The notes under the pieces: generated by a model | Database searches by the model: none | What the model was told of the DNA's origin: nothing | Seen by the model: only the letters and a program-made list of their open reading frames with translations | Source of the DNA: Octopus bimaculoides | Lineage: Eukaryota | Assembly: GCF_001194135.2 (NCBI RefSeq) | Contig: NC_069001.1 | Coordinates: 23,048,331-23,112,330 of the forward strand | Direction: 5' to 3' | DNA length: 64,000 nt | Position numbers and translations under genes: made by a program | In this document: one piece after another, positions 22,966 through 36,290 of the stretch | Position numbering within the stretch: position 1 is the first letter of the stretch | Layout: every line of letters begins with the position of its first letter

Positions 22966-23733
22966 TAGCAGCAATAACTATTCTTTTATTAGAAAGTTTA
23001 TTATTGTATTATAATGTTTCTGAGTCCTATAATATCTCTGTGAGATATTTATGAGGAATAAAACTCTATTGGTACTAAATCTCTATCTCAGATTTAATTA
23101 TAACACCACAAAATAAAATTAAAACTATAATCGATCATAATAAACCATAATTTCCACTGAACATACAACAATATTTAACCAGCCAATAAACAGAAAATGG
23201 ATAACAGCATTCTCTAATCGAAAAAATATTTAGGAAAAATTTTTATTAAATATAAATATAATAATGAAATCCATATATAACGGAAAAATGTGCGACCCCG
23301 ATCACAGAAATGAATATTAATTAGTGTAGAAATATTTTTAAAAATCTGCAATATAAAACTTAAATAATTTAGTGTTAAAATATGCAACAGTAAAAAAGTT
23401 ATTGATTACATGGTATGGTTGTGTGGTAAAAAGTTTGTTTCTCAGCCACATTGTTCCAGGTTCAGTCCCACTGTGTGGCATTTTCTACAAGTGTCTTCTG
23501 CTATAGTCCCAGGCTGACCAAAAGATTTGTGTGTAGATTTGGTAGACAGAAACTGTCCTACATGTATGTATATACGTATGTATGAATGTATGTATGTATG
23601 TATATGTATTTATATATGTATGTATATATATATGTGTATATGTGCATATGTATGTATATATGTGTGTGTGTGCATATAAGTATGTATGTATATATGTGTA
23701 TATATATATTCATACATACAATGTATGTATATT

Positions 23734-23791
<58 letters not shown>

Positions 23792-23807
23792 CATAAATAT
23801 TTAAATA

Positions 23808-24205
23808 GGCACAGGAGTGGCTGTGTGGTAAGAAGCTTGCTTCCCAACCACATGGTTCTGGGTTCAGCCCCACTGCATGGCACCTTGGGCAAGTGTCTTC
23901 TACTATAGCCTTCAGCTGACCAAAGCCTTGTGAGTTGATATGGTAGACGGAAACTGCAAGAAGCCCATCATACATATATGTGTATGTATATATGTACTTG
24001 TGTGTCTGTGTTTGTCCCTCCACCATTATTACTTGACAATCGATGTAGGTGTGCTTACGTCCCTGTAACTTAGTGGTTCAGCAAAAGAGACTAATAGAAT
24101 AAGTACTAGGCTTACAAAGAATAAATTCTGGGGTTGATTACTTCGACCAAAGACGGTGCTCCAGTATGGCCACAGTCAAATGACGGAAACAAGTAAAAAG
24201 AGTAA
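23808..24205 (+). mobile_element. Complete SINE family B copy (a partial copy is at 23398-23560)
   Basis: GGCACAGGAGTGGCTGTGTGGTAAGAAGC head, GGGTTCAG B-box, body, internal (TA/TG)n and ACAAGTAAAAAGAGTAAAA tail. Confidence 0.9.
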
Positions 24206-26924
24206 AATATACATACACACATACATACACGCACACATATATATATATATACGTACATACACATACACATATATATATATATATATATAAATATAGTAAG
24301 AGGAGGGATATAATATTCAGGCAGATACCGAATTTCTGTATGTAAAATACCAAGGCTGGTTCCTTCAAATGGTGCTTTTTGGTAAACTTCCTTTAATTCC
24401 CATCCAATGTTACAGTTTATTTCTTGCTTACTTAGAGTGTAAAGTACAACATTGATAATAAGGAGGATTTGAACATTCAAGCTTTATGTTTATTTCCAGT
24501 TTGTTTATTTATAATAATTGTCAGACACATGTTTTAATCGCACTAACTGCATATTTGCAATGCTTTTAATATGGCACCAGCACCAGCAGGGTGGCCAATT
24601 AACTTGCAATACAAAGACCTCTTACTTGAGAGAGGGAATGGAACCTTGTGAGAGGTGACAGAGGGACCATATCTTACAATTGAGGAGATACTTGGCCACC
24701 CCAGTCAGACAAGGAAGAGAAGGCAGGTGGAAGAGAGTCAGCGAAAAAGATAGAGAGACAGTAAGAGAGAGAGAGAGGAAGAATAGATGGCATTGGAGAT
24801 GTATTGAGGCCTACTGGCAGGGAACAGTGGGGAGAGTCTAGAAGTACAGGGGAGATAGAGGGGTACATTCCATAAGAGTGAGGGGATATAGTTAGAGATG
24901 GGGGAAGACTTGACTGTAGCAAGTGATGATGAGGGGAACTGAAGTGACAGGGAGTGGGGTAAGGAAGAAATGAAAGGGTATAGAGAGTGGATAGGCACAT
25001 GAGAGAATGGAAGGGAGGGGCAGGGCTTACCACAGGTGATGAGAAGAGGGGGCATTATATATATATACACACACACATGCATCACATATGCACACGTGTG
25101 TGTGTGTGCATATATGCATGTGTGTGTGTGATTCAGTTTATTCTTGCCAATATAGAAAGAACTAGTTTTTAACCTAGATTTAAGGCTCCCTCACTGGAAT
25201 TTCAACATCAACAACAGGGTATTTTTTGTTTGTAAGTATGTTTGTATGTGTATAAGTATACTAAGAGAGTGAGACAAATGATTGGCTGCCTTTTCAGTGT
25301 AAAGGGAGTGCTTGTATACTTAATGTAGTACACCAAGAAATTCTAATTAATTAAAATTACACCCTCATTAATGAGAACAATCATTATCTAAATCACTAAT
25401 TCTGATTTTAAAAAGGGTGGAGAGATGACCCAAACTTTTTAGTTAATTAGAATGAATTACACAGGAATGCAGTAGGGTATGTGACTGATTAGAAGCAACT
25501 TTATAGATCCAGCAAAACCAAATTCACTGATATGACAAATGAAGCAGCTTCTTTATTTCAATCAAACTTCACTAGGCCAGGCCCACTGTTTCTGTCATTA
25601 TAACGAGGTGTCATTGTCTCACATGCTACAGACAATAAGAAGTTAAGGAAATTTGATTGCTACATTAACCTGGCGTGAGAAGTAATTACTATATATGGAG
25701 TCTAAAGACTTGTTAAATAATTATCAGACTCTGAAAGATCTGATTTGTTAAATTAATTAAACTAAAAGTTACAGCTCCAATTTGAATACATTGTGAAATT
25801 AATTGTTACTGTTTTAAAAATCAATTGTGCTATTAGCTTCTACTGAGTCATACAAACAGCTGTTGTGAATAATGGCTTTGATAGTAAATGGCAGTTGATA
25901 TAACAATAAATGAATTTTACTGAAAATAAGTAGGATTAAAGTGAAGGATGTCTGTGGATGATGATGGTAATGATGATGATGACAACGAAGAGGATGAAAT
26001 GCAAAGTGAACCTGATCAGAATTTGATGGACGAAATGCTACAATGCATTTTGTCTAGTATTCTAAAAATTCTGCCTGTTCAGTACCTGAAAATCATTAAA
26101 TAAGACGTTCAGTTTATGCATCCATTTCCTACATTATGGAAATCTTTTCCGAAAATCTTGCTATAACAAGGAATTCCATCTGGCCAACTATTTTCTCTGT
26201 CCATTATTCCTGGGAGGGTGGTGGAGTAGTGTCCTTGGCATCACCTCCGTAGGGTCCTATCAGAAGCAACCATCATTACAAGATGGATTCCTAAGCCTAA
26301 CCAACAGAGACTATCGATATTATCCAACCATTTGTTCTTGGTCTGCCTCTAAGTCTCCTGCTGGTCTGGTCAGCTTCAAGAACTCATCTTGTGATTATTT
26401 CCTGTAACATTCTAATAACTTGTCTGTAGTACCACAACATGGAATTCGGTGATTTGAAATCTTTTTTCTGTTGATTTCCATGTAATATGGAAGTCAAAAT
26501 CTACAGAAGTCAAATAGGAAATAGGTCTAATGTTACAATATTCCACTTTGGCACAGGCATCACTGTGTAGTAAGAAATTTTCTTCCCAACCACATAGTTC
26601 CAGGTTCAGTCCCACCACATTGCATCTTGGGTAAATCTCTTCTACTATAGCCTCAGGCTGACCAAAGCCTTGCGAGTGGATTTGGTTGATGGAAAATGAA
26701 AAGAAGGCTATTGTAGATATATATGTGTGTGTGTGTGTGTGTATGTATGAGTGTTTCTGTTTGTCTCCCAATCTCTCTCTCTAGCCAGGTAACCATGTAT
26801 CTCTTCCACAGCAAGAACCTGTTTCTGTCTCTCTGTCTCACTATAACCTTTCATCTGACACAAGATCTTCTCCTCCAATGCCCCCTTCCCTCTCAAAGGA
26901 TTTTTGTCTTGCAACTTACTTATT

Positions 26925-27225
26925 GACCTTTGCCAGTACTGATGCCACATAAAAAGCATTCAGTCCACTCTGTGAAGGGGTTGGCATTTGGAAGGGCATC
27001 CAGCTGTAAAAACCTTGTCAAAACTGACCTCACCTGTGCTTGTGCCATGTAAAAAGCACTAAGCCCACTTTGCTGGGTCGTTGGTGTTAAGAAAAACCAG
27101 CTGCAAAAACCCTGCCAAAACAGACACAGAAGTCCGGTGCACGCTCCAACCTGGGCAGCTTCTGTCAAACTGTCTAAGCCATGCCAGTATGAAAGGTAGA
27201 CGTTGAACGATGATGATGATGATGA
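26925..27225 (+). mobile_element. RTE family A copy
   Basis: GGAAGGGCATCCAGCTGTAAAA core and (GAT)n tail. Confidence 0.75.
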
Positions 27226-28244
27226 ACAAGCATAGATATGATTTTAAGTTACTAATTTTGATGAGGTGAGTCCCTGTTCAAAGACCAAAGCCATTGTAAA
27301 ACCTTTCAATACCAAGTTGGTTGGATCAGTAATCTAAAGGTTCGGTGATTAAAGTTAAGCAACGCAAGAGTTTCAAAGATTAAACTTTTGGGGGTGGAGA
27401 GATGATAACGATGGTAAGGAGGAAGATAAAGAGATAAATGTAGTTTGATGGAAGAATATATTCCTTTAGAAAATGTCTAATGAATTGGCAGAACAACATG
27501 TCCATGAATTAGTATTAGTAGCATTTTTTTTTTACTTCTTGCTTCAGTCATTATTCATCAAGGCCATGCAGGAGCACCACCTTCAAGAAATTTAGTCAAA
27601 CAATATGATTGTGGAGGACAATCATATTGTTATGAATGAAAAATTATATTCAGATAATTTCTTGTTCATACGACGCCAAATTAGAACCCAGACCTCTGGT
27701 TTTGCAAGGAAAGATGGGAAAAGTAATTTATTCTGGTCATGTGACTGTTTAAAGTGTTAGTGGCATGCTTTTTACTGTATAGATGGACTATAAAGACTAC
27801 TAGTGAACATGTGGCAAGTGAGTTAGTCCATACTGGGAGCTGATGTTCAACATTGATGTGTGAGGCAGTTGGTTTGGAGTCTGCTGGAAATCAATGTGAT
27901 GGAAGTTCAAGTGAGTAGTTTATGTGAATAGCTGGTTTGAAGTCAGTGCGGTTGATGTGTGAGATGGGACCAGGCTATTTCATGTTGAACAGTTGACACA
28001 GTAATTGGTGTCAGAAGCAAGATATTTATTGCAATGATGAATATCAGTGGTTGATGTGAACAGTGGTATCTTTGCAAGGTGGAAGGTTTTGAATTTGCTG
28101 CATAAATAGTCAGTGTTAACCTGGCAATGTAAAGATTGTGGAATGGTTGTGGGACTAACGTGAATTTGGGAGAAACAGTAGAATCCATTTGGAAAAAACA
28201 AAAAGATAAGAAAAGAAAATAATATCATTAGAATGAGCGTAATC

Positions 28245-28587
28245 ATTACCAGCGTTGCCTTCTAGCACTTGTGCTGGTGGCACATTAGAAAATCATTCGA
28301 GTGAGGTCATTGCTAGTGTCGCTGGACTGGCTCCCATGCAGGTGGCACTTAAAAAACACCATTTTGAGCATGGCCATTGCCAGTACCCCCTAACTGGCCT
28401 TCGTGCCGGTGGCACGTAAAAGCACCCACTACACTCTTGGAGTGGTTGGCGTTAGGAAGGGCATCCAGCTGTAGAAACTCTGCCAGATCAGATTGGAGCC
28501 TGGTGCAGCCTTCTGTCTTGCCAGGCCTCAGTCAAATCGTCCAACCCATGCTAGCATGGAAAGCGGATGTTAAACTATGATGATGAT
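28245..28587 (+). mobile_element. RTE family A copy (about 340 bp)
   Basis: High identity to 58229-58570 with the same 5' start, CATTACCAGCG. Confidence 0.85.
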
Positions 28588-28904
28588 AAAGATGAATGGT
28601 GAGTGAAAGAAGAGCTCATTAAAAGAAGTTTACCCATTTCTCTAAAACCTCTTTAAAGAATTGCCAATTTATTCCATAAATGTTTCTTCACCTCTTATTT
28701 AAAGTACTTTTGTTTTGGTTATACTCAACGGTTTTGTTTATTATTGTCAACTCTTCTGAATTCTGCAACTACTGCTTCTTCTGCTCCAAGCAAACTGGCT
28801 TGCTTAGCTCACCTACGTACTTCTGTGTCTGTAGCTCAGAAGAGCTTGTTGATGTTATCAGGAGGTCGTGTGGGCGTAACAATATATGCAAACACACACA
28901 CACA

Positions 28905-29685
28905 ATGGGCATCTTTCAGTTTCTATCTACCAAATCCACTCAAAAGTCTTTGGTCAACCTGACGCTATAGCAGAAGACATTTGCCCAAGGTACAATATAG
29001 TAGGATTGAACTCAGAGCCATGTGGTTGGGAAGCAACCTTCTTACCACACAGCTACACTGCACCTAGCATGTTAACAAATGGAAAATTAATTACAGTTGG
29101 ATAAGTTTCAGGTGAGAACAGGTGTCTGTGAGAAGCGTATCCACCTCATATGTCTGAGTGTAAATGGTGTGAGAAGAACTGTAGCAGCATAGTACACTGT
29201 TCCTGGCTCTTCGTTAGAACAGTACTTTGGGTCATTTACACATGTTCATGAAATGCCATTTGGAAATAATTTTGTCCAATTGGTCATTTCTCTACTTAAT
29301 GTTTCGCGATATTCATCTTGTCTTCACATTCTGAGTTCAAATTCCACCAAGGTTGATTTTGCTTTTCATCTTTTCAGGGTCAATAAAATAAGCACCAGTT
29401 GAGCACAGAGGGTCAATGTAATCGACTTACCCCTCCCCCAAACCTGGTGGCCTGGTATCAAAATTTGAAACAAATATATTTAAATTCACCCTTCTTTGAC
29501 ACACATACCACCACTTCAGTAGGCAGCAGATGTGTCTGAGTTCAAATTCCACCAAGGTTGATTTTGCCTTGCATCCTTTGGATGTCCATAAAATAAGTTT
29601 TAGCTGAACCCTGAGGTTGATGTAAACATATTATTCCCTCCCACGAAATTACTGCCCTTATGCCAAAATTCAAAGCCAATATTAC
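28905..29685. mobile_element. SINE cluster: family B (28905-29065, minus) and family C (29320-29478 and 29535-29685, plus)
   Basis: Matches to the complete copies elsewhere in the window. Confidence 0.7.
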
Positions 29686-29959
29686 TGGATTAAATTCTTT
29701 GCATTTATCAAGGAAACAAAGCACCATAAAATATGCCTTCAAACTTTATCAGTTGATGTTTGAGTAGAGACTGGCTTTAAACATGTCAGTGTTGGCTGGA
29801 TTTAAAAAAAAATAAAACCTCATCTGATTTTCGAAACCCACCAAAAATGCAAATACCTCAACCACTTTTGAATTATGCACAAATTAAATAAATTAAACAC
29901 AATGGAATGAAATATTCAGAAATAAAACTATGTACAGGTACTGTTATTCAGTGTCACAG

Positions 29960-30698
29960 ATATCTATCTATCTATCCATCTATCTATCTATCTATCCATC
30001 TGTCTGTCTGCCTGCCCGCCGCCCGTCCGTCCGTCCGTCTGTCTTATCTGTCTATCTATCTGTCTATTTCTACATTGTATTGTCCCCCCTGTGTTCGACC
30101 CTGTGTGGCTAATAAAGAAATGTATCTATCTATATGGCTCTCTCTATTTGTCTGTCTATCTGTCTGTCTATGTTATTTATCTCTATCTATCTGTCTGTCT
30201 GTCAATCTATCTATCTATCTACCTACCTAATCTGTTCCTGTCTGCCTGTCTCTCGCTTTATCTATCTATGTTTACCTACCTACCTACATACATACATACA
30301 TACATACATACAAACATATCTATCCATATACCTATCTATCTATTTAATCTATCACTGTATCTCTCCATCTATATCTACCTACCTACCCACCAATCTATCT
30401 GTCTATCTGTCTTGTCTATCTATTTATTTAATGTATCTATCTATCTATCTATCTATCTATCCATCCATCCATCCATCTATCTATCTATCTATCTATCTAT
30501 CCATCTGTCTGCCTGCCCGCCGCCCGTCCGTCCGTCCGTCTGTCTGTCTATCTATCTGTCTATTTCTACATTGTATTGTCCCCTCTGTGTTCGACCCTGT
30601 GTGGCTAATAAAGAAATTTATCTATCTATATGTCTCTCTCTATTTGTCTGTCTATTTATCTGTCTGTCTGTCTGTCTTGTCTATCTATTTATTTAATG

Positions 30699-30731
<33 letters not shown>

Positions 30732-30760
30732 GTTTGTCTGTCTGTCTGTATTCAGCACAT
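29960..30760. repeat. Tetranucleotide microsatellite mosaic with a direct duplication of about 505-bp period
   Basis: CTGCCTGCCCGCCGCCCGTCCGTCC...TATTTCTACATTGTATTGTCCC..GTGTTCGACCCTGTGTGGCTAATAAAGAAAT occurs at about 30005 and 30510. Confidence 0.85.
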
Positions 30761-31721
30761 ACATACATACATACATACATACAGCACATACATACAACAC
30801 ATACACGTCACACATAAATAATTGTGGTTGTAAGTTATTCAGTGTGATTTTTGTGTCTGTTCTCTTCTAACATGGTCTGTGTTGTTATTCACTGTGCATT
30901 TATATGACAACCTTTGCGTCTGTGTACACCTAAGTGTGATTGATCATATTATCTCGGACAGCACACCTTAATTTATTAGAAGCTGTTTGACACAACCTTG
31001 TACATTCTTCTTTCCATCTATCTGTTTGTCAATGGCTAGCAAGCTTGTTGGCAGTAATCTCAATGTAATTGATTCAGACAGTTAAATGTAAATCTTATAC
31101 ATCACTTTCAGTTTAGCAATCAGTCTAATAGTTTTTCCTCAAAGTAGGGTGTCCTATTGCCTGGTTTCATGATTTTTCTATTGTAACTTAGATTCATTGA
31201 GATAATATCCATCCAAATATTTTTGTTTTCTGTCTTAAGCAATTCAATGAACTGTTGTCCATAAAATGTCAATATCTTATGCAAACATATATCTTCTTAA
31301 TGCATTTCTTTCATCCAAATTTTCCACACTAATCTTGCTAGATGTTGTTGTTGTTGTTATTTAGACTAAAACCAAGCAAATTATGATCAAAGCATTCCAA
31401 GCATGACCAAACCAACATATTTTCATGTATCCATTATTATATTATCTAATGTGTCCTTCCTTTTATAACATTGTAAGGTGTGGTTTGAAGGACATTTGGT
31501 AGTTATTTCTAATAGGTTGAATGACCACGTAGAAGCTACCTCGTTGAGTCTGACCAATGAACAGATGTGAGACAGTAGAGTGGGTACAGCATTGATCTCA
31601 TTGCTTAAGTGTTATGGGTTCAAATTAAACTTTAAGACTGGCACTCTGTCAATTACTATGACAAAGGTTCCAGTTGATCCGATCAATAGAACAGCATGCT
31701 TATGAACTTAACAGACAAGTG

Positions 31722-31982
31722 GCGGGTAGGCACATGGCTTAGTGGTTAGGGTGTTGGACTAATGATCTTAAGATTGTGGTTTCAGTTCCTGGACTGGGTG
31801 ACAGGTTGTGTCCTTGAGAAAAACACTTCATTTCGTGTTGCTCCAGTCCACTCAGCTGGCAGAGTGAATGACCCTGTAATAGATCGGTGTCCCATCGAGA
31901 AGGGGAATATATATGTCATGAAACCTGGGAAATGGGCCCTTATAAAGTGGCATGACTCAAGAAGGTAAATTTACTTTATTTA
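31722..31982 (+). mobile_element. tRNA-derived SINE family D with a CORE-like segment; followed directly by an RTE family A tail (31984-32120)
   Basis: TGGCTTAGTGGTTAG A-box and GTGTCCTTGAG..ACACTT..GTTGCTCCAGTCCACTCAGCTGGC body, shared with 47525-47817. The reversed 3' part of that family is at 31643-31723. Confidence 0.7.
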
Positions 31983-32324
31983 CTGGAAGGGGATCCAGCA
32001 GTAGAAACCCTTGCCAAATCAAATCGGAATCTGGTGCAGGTCCCTGGCTTACTAGTTCTCAGTCAAACCATCCAACCCATGCCAGCATGGAAAACGAACA
32101 TTAACTGATGATGATGATGATTTCGAATATGCAGTTTATAGCGTTTCTATAAAAGATACTTAGTTGCTTTTTGCCTCCATGTATCTAAATTGTCGTTTAG
32201 CCACAGGTCAGGTCAGCACTGATCTAGCTGATCTATGATCAAAGACATTCTAACCATGACTACTCTGTCTAATATTTTGGTAGGATATATATTTATAACT
32301 ACATTAAGGTGGTGAGGTGGAAGA

Positions 32325-32530
32325 AGCATTAGCACACTGGATGAAATGCTTACCAGCATTTCATCCTTGTTCACATTCTGAGTTCAAATTCTACCAAGGT
32401 TGACTTTGCCTTTCATCTTTTCAGGGCCAATAAAATAAGTGCCAGTTGAATATTATGGGTTGATTTAATCGACTTATGTCCTCCCTTGTAATTGCTGATC
32501 TTGTGCCAAAATTTGAAACCAATACATTTA
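32325..32530 (+). mobile_element. SINE family C
   Basis: CATTCTGAGTTCAAATTC..GACTTTGCCTTTCATC body. Confidence 0.8.
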
Positions 32531-32976
32531 TGACAACATTATCCAACGTGTTCTGCCTTTTTAATGGTAGTAGGATCTTATTTGAGTGGCATTTGGCTGT
32601 TATAGGTATCAGGCAAAACAATTGTGTAAAATTTCACTCTTTGGTTCATTCGAGTGTTTAACTGTTAAAAAGAAATACCAGATCATCTGAGGGAGGAAGC
32701 GAGAAAGAGATGAGAGAGGAGACAGCTAAACTACCTTGTCATAAACATGAGTGCTGTTCCTATGATGTCATGGATTTTAGAGAGCCTTTTGAAGTCTGGA
32801 TTAAACTCACATTTCATATCAGTTCCATCCTCACACTGGTCTTCAATTATTCAATTTAGTTCAGGCTGCAGTGGAATTAGATTTGCTTTCAAAAGTTTCA
32901 AGTAGAAATTCCTCATGTGACAGACTCTACTATCAATTTCGATGTATGAGAGCCTGGAGGCTTAGTATACTTGTTA

Positions 32977-33160
32977 TTACTTGTGTTTGTGTCTCTGATG
33001 TGTCTTCAATCACGCTAAAGATTTGCAAGGTTGTCCACACTGAGGACAGGACACAGAACCATTACAACGATCCCCCGGGAATACATTTCTGTATTTTGCC
33101 CCAGTTCTTCAAAACAAGATTGATATCCATTTAAATCACGCTTGGGCAAGCTCTTCAAAT
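32977..33160 (-). pseudogene. LINE (RTE-like) ORF2 C-terminus with a C2H2 zinc finger
   Basis: FEELAQA*FKWISIL followed by SCPQCGQPCKSLA*LKTHQRHKHK*. Confidence 0.6.
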
Positions 33161-33649
33161 TACTATATACAGTAATAGGTAAGTACAATCCAGGGATCCA
33201 AGTGTAGAAAGTAGGTTTCAAGCATTTAAATGGTTAGTACAAATAAGAAAAGGTAGACGATATATGATAAACTATATTTATTAACATTATACGTTCTGAT
33301 ACTTTTGGTTTTCCTGATATTTGACTGTATTATTATCCCTCAAAATCCCAGTGGAAATGAGTATAGTTTTGTTCATTGATGCAGCATATTTGAGATCTCT
33401 ACTACAACTACTACTACTACTGTCATTGTTTTTATTTTAGTGGTTGTTTTCTCATTCGTCTGCAAATATGGGAAACAGCTTTCGACATGCATGATTCAGT
33501 GACATCATTGGAAATACAAATGCTTGTGGTAAACAAGTTTCTTAGTCAATGGTTCCAAATATTTTTGAGTTTGTAGTGCACTAGGATCAAAAAACATATT
33601 ACAAGCAAACTTTGCATGGACTGTTAAAAACAAAATATCCTGTTGGTGC

Positions 33650-33810
33650 AAGTGTGGCTGTGGGGTAAGAAGTATGCTTACCACATGGTTTCAGGTTCAG
33701 TTCAACTGCATGAAACCTTTGGCCAATGTCTTCTACTATAGCCTTAGATCAATCAAAGCCTTGTGAGTGGATTTGATAGATGGAAATTGAAAGAAGCACA
33801 TTGTGTGTGT
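33650..33810 (+). mobile_element. SINE family B head and body
   Basis: GTGTGGCTGTGGGGTAAGAAG..GGTTCAG..GTCTTCTACTATAGCC. Confidence 0.75.
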
Positions 33811-33842
33811 ATATATATATACATATATATATATAAATAGTA

Positions 33843-33888
33843 GTCATTGCTGATGAGCTAAGCAAAACTAGCTAGCTAGTATAGTGAC
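33843..33888 (+). ncRNA. Minimal hammerhead motif with a 14-nt palindromic helix III and a G12A substitution
   Basis: GUCAUUG-CUGAUGA-GC(UAA)GC-AAA-ACUAGCUAGCUAGU-A-UAGUGAC. Stem I has 7 bp (2 G-U). Confidence 0.7.
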
Positions 33889-34059
33889 TTGGTTACTGTG
33901 GGGCACTATCTCCCCAGTCAGTACATAGATTTGTGCTTTTTTGTGGCTATAAGGGTCTTTGACTCTAGTTTCTAGCAATGTAGGTGCTACCCTGCAACCT
34001 CAGTCACTATTAGTGACAAATGAAATTTTCCTTTATTTTATATATATGTATGTATAGAG

Positions 34060-34381
34060 TGTTAGGTATGGTGTACAGGAATTGATTATTGAGAAAAAAC
34101 TCTGTCAGAATTTTGGAAAAAAAATCTTTTTATTTCTTCATTATTATTAGCTCTTTTGTTTATTTCTGGAACTTGTCAAATGAAATTTTGTGAATGTACA
34201 AACAGCTTGTTCATTTATATAAAGCAGATGTTTTTGGGGGTCTCAGTACCTCATCTGTTTTATATTAATGAACAAGCTGTGTGTACATTCACAAGACTTT
34301 ATCTGACAAGTTCCAGAAACAAATGAAATAATAAAGAAATAAAAAGATTTTTTTTTTCCAAAATTCTGACGACTTTTTTCT

Positions 34382-34416
<35 letters not shown>

Positions 34417-34443
34417 AATTATAAAAAAAAAAACATACCAACA
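34060..34443. mobile_element. Hairpin MITE-like inverted repeat (arms 34089-34230 and 34252-34384)
   Basis: The arms align as reverse complements around a 21-nt loop. Outer TGTTAGGTATG and CATACCAACA extend the symmetry. Confidence 0.8.
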
Positions 34444-34768
34444 TTTTTGGTTACTTGTAACAAAATTATAAATACATGATTTGCAAGATCTTCCACTTGC
34501 AGCATGGATATTCTAAGGTCTCAAAATAAATTTTAAAACCATAGAGCATTGTAAAACCTACATACAGCTTACATTTTGAGAACTGCTGCTGTGTGTTAAT
34601 ATAATCTAATGTTCCATCTGTTAGGTATCTTTCTACCAAGTAAACTGACATTTATTACATGAAAGAAATTTCAGAGTTATTCAATTTTGATGTAGTACAT
34701 TTAAGATATTAGTTTTTCAAAACGTTGTTAATTCAGTGACAACATGAAGTTAAGCATACATACATATA

Positions 34769-35475
34769 TTATGGGTCATTCCATAAATAATGGAGTTTTT
34801 TCAATTGCATAAACTAAAAGATGGAGCGGGACGGGATAAAATATCTGTATTGACTTGCTATAAAAGCTGATAGTAATTTCACCTTGTACTTATTCTTAGT
34901 GCAAGTTTTAAAGAGTACAGTTCAATAATAACACTTATTTTTTCAAAGCTATAATGGAAGTGGCAAAGGAGCATATTCGGCATATTTTATTTTATGAGTT
35001 CAATAAAGGCAACAAAGCAATGCACATTACAAAGAATACTAATGCAGTATATGGGGATTGGACAATAAGCGTAAGTCAGTGTCAATGGTGGTTCCAGAAA
35101 TTCCAAGCAGGAAAGTACAGCCTAGAAGATGAGCCACATCCTGGAAGATATGTAGAGCTTGACAAAGATGTCCTGTAAACCCTTGTGGAACAAAATCCCA
35201 TCGTAACTGTTGAGGAACTAGCAGAGAAGCTTGGATTTGGTCATTCAACCATTCATTGACACCTCTGTGCCATCAGAAAAGTCAGCAAATTGGGTCAATG
35301 GGTGCCTCACAAAGTTTCTGAGTCCAATCGTGTGCAGAGAGTGAATGTGTGCTCTTCTTTGCTGTCACGTCTCACCATAATGAATGTTAAGTGCCAAAGA
35401 CAGTGGGTAGGGAAAGGAGAAACACTGGCACCCCAGGCTAAAGAATGTCTTCACCTATATAAGGTGTTATCTGTT
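34769..35475 (+). mobile_element. Mariner transposon, 5' part (TIR, HTH, WVPH linker), internally deleted
   Basis: TA|TTATGGGTCATTCCATAAATAA left end. MEVAKEHIRHILFYEFNKG...LEDEPHPGR and GQWVPHKVSE; the IVTGDEKW motif is absent. Confidence 0.9.
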
Positions 35476-35479
35476 ATTG

Positions 35480-36290
35480 AGGCCTTCACTGGTGCATTCC
35501 ACCAGTATTCCTTTTCATTATGAGTGACTATGGCTTCTACCATATTGTGGGTTCTTATTTCTTTGTCCTTGGGATTATCCTTTCAACGGATTTCATTATA
35601 GAGGGTCCTCACTACAACGTCATGTCTCTTCGGTAGATAATACCAAGATAACACTTTTGGACAACTGTTTGATGTGGGTGTTATCTTCAGTGTGAACTGC
35701 ATCAGTTGTCACATTTTACTGCTTCTCCTGCATCACTATTCCTTTTATGCATCAGGTATTTGGTTGATATTTCCTGTTCTGGGATTGCAAATGCATACCC
35801 TTCAAAATTGGAGGTTGTAATCCAGCTATTCATCCATGATAAACTGCTTTGGTGATCTATCATCATGGAGCTTTCTACTAACATATCCATGCATAGTCTT
35901 CTGCTCATATAGGCTTATCCTCTCATCTGATGATACGTTGCGGTACAGCCATGTGACTTCTTTGGGCATGTATTCTAGGTTATCAGACAAAGAGTGTTGC
36001 TCAAGGAGCTGCCTTCCAAGTCTTATGATGTTAAGCCTCTGCCACCTTGTTTATGTTTTAGGTAGAGGCAGTCTACATCACTGCTTATGTGGAAATTATG
36101 TGTGACTGTTAGTATTTTTCAGGTTTTCACATCAGTGGCTCTGATCTCATCAAGTGTCCAATCAAGCAGCCCAAATATTGGTATGAGTACTGGCACTACA
36201 AACACATTGTGAGTCATTGTCTTACTGAATACAGAGAGTTCTGAGGCCCAAATTTTCTGTATTCAGCTGTAATATTCTTTAGTGACACAT
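35480..36290 (-). pseudogene. Dong/R4-type (RLE) LINE ORF remnant (thumb, zinc knuckle, start of endonuclease)
   Basis: WASELSVFSKTMTHNVFVVPVLIPIFGLLDWT..SDVDCLYLKHKQGGRGL; FEGYAFAIPEQEISTKY; RHDVVVRTLYNEIR..EYWWNAPVK. Confidence 0.85.

Noticed and set aside
22443-23054. His/Ser/Ile/Asp-rich ORFs, and similar ORFs over (AT)n, (CA)n, (TCTA)n tracts and N-gaps
   Set aside because: Translations of microsatellites or gaps, not genes.
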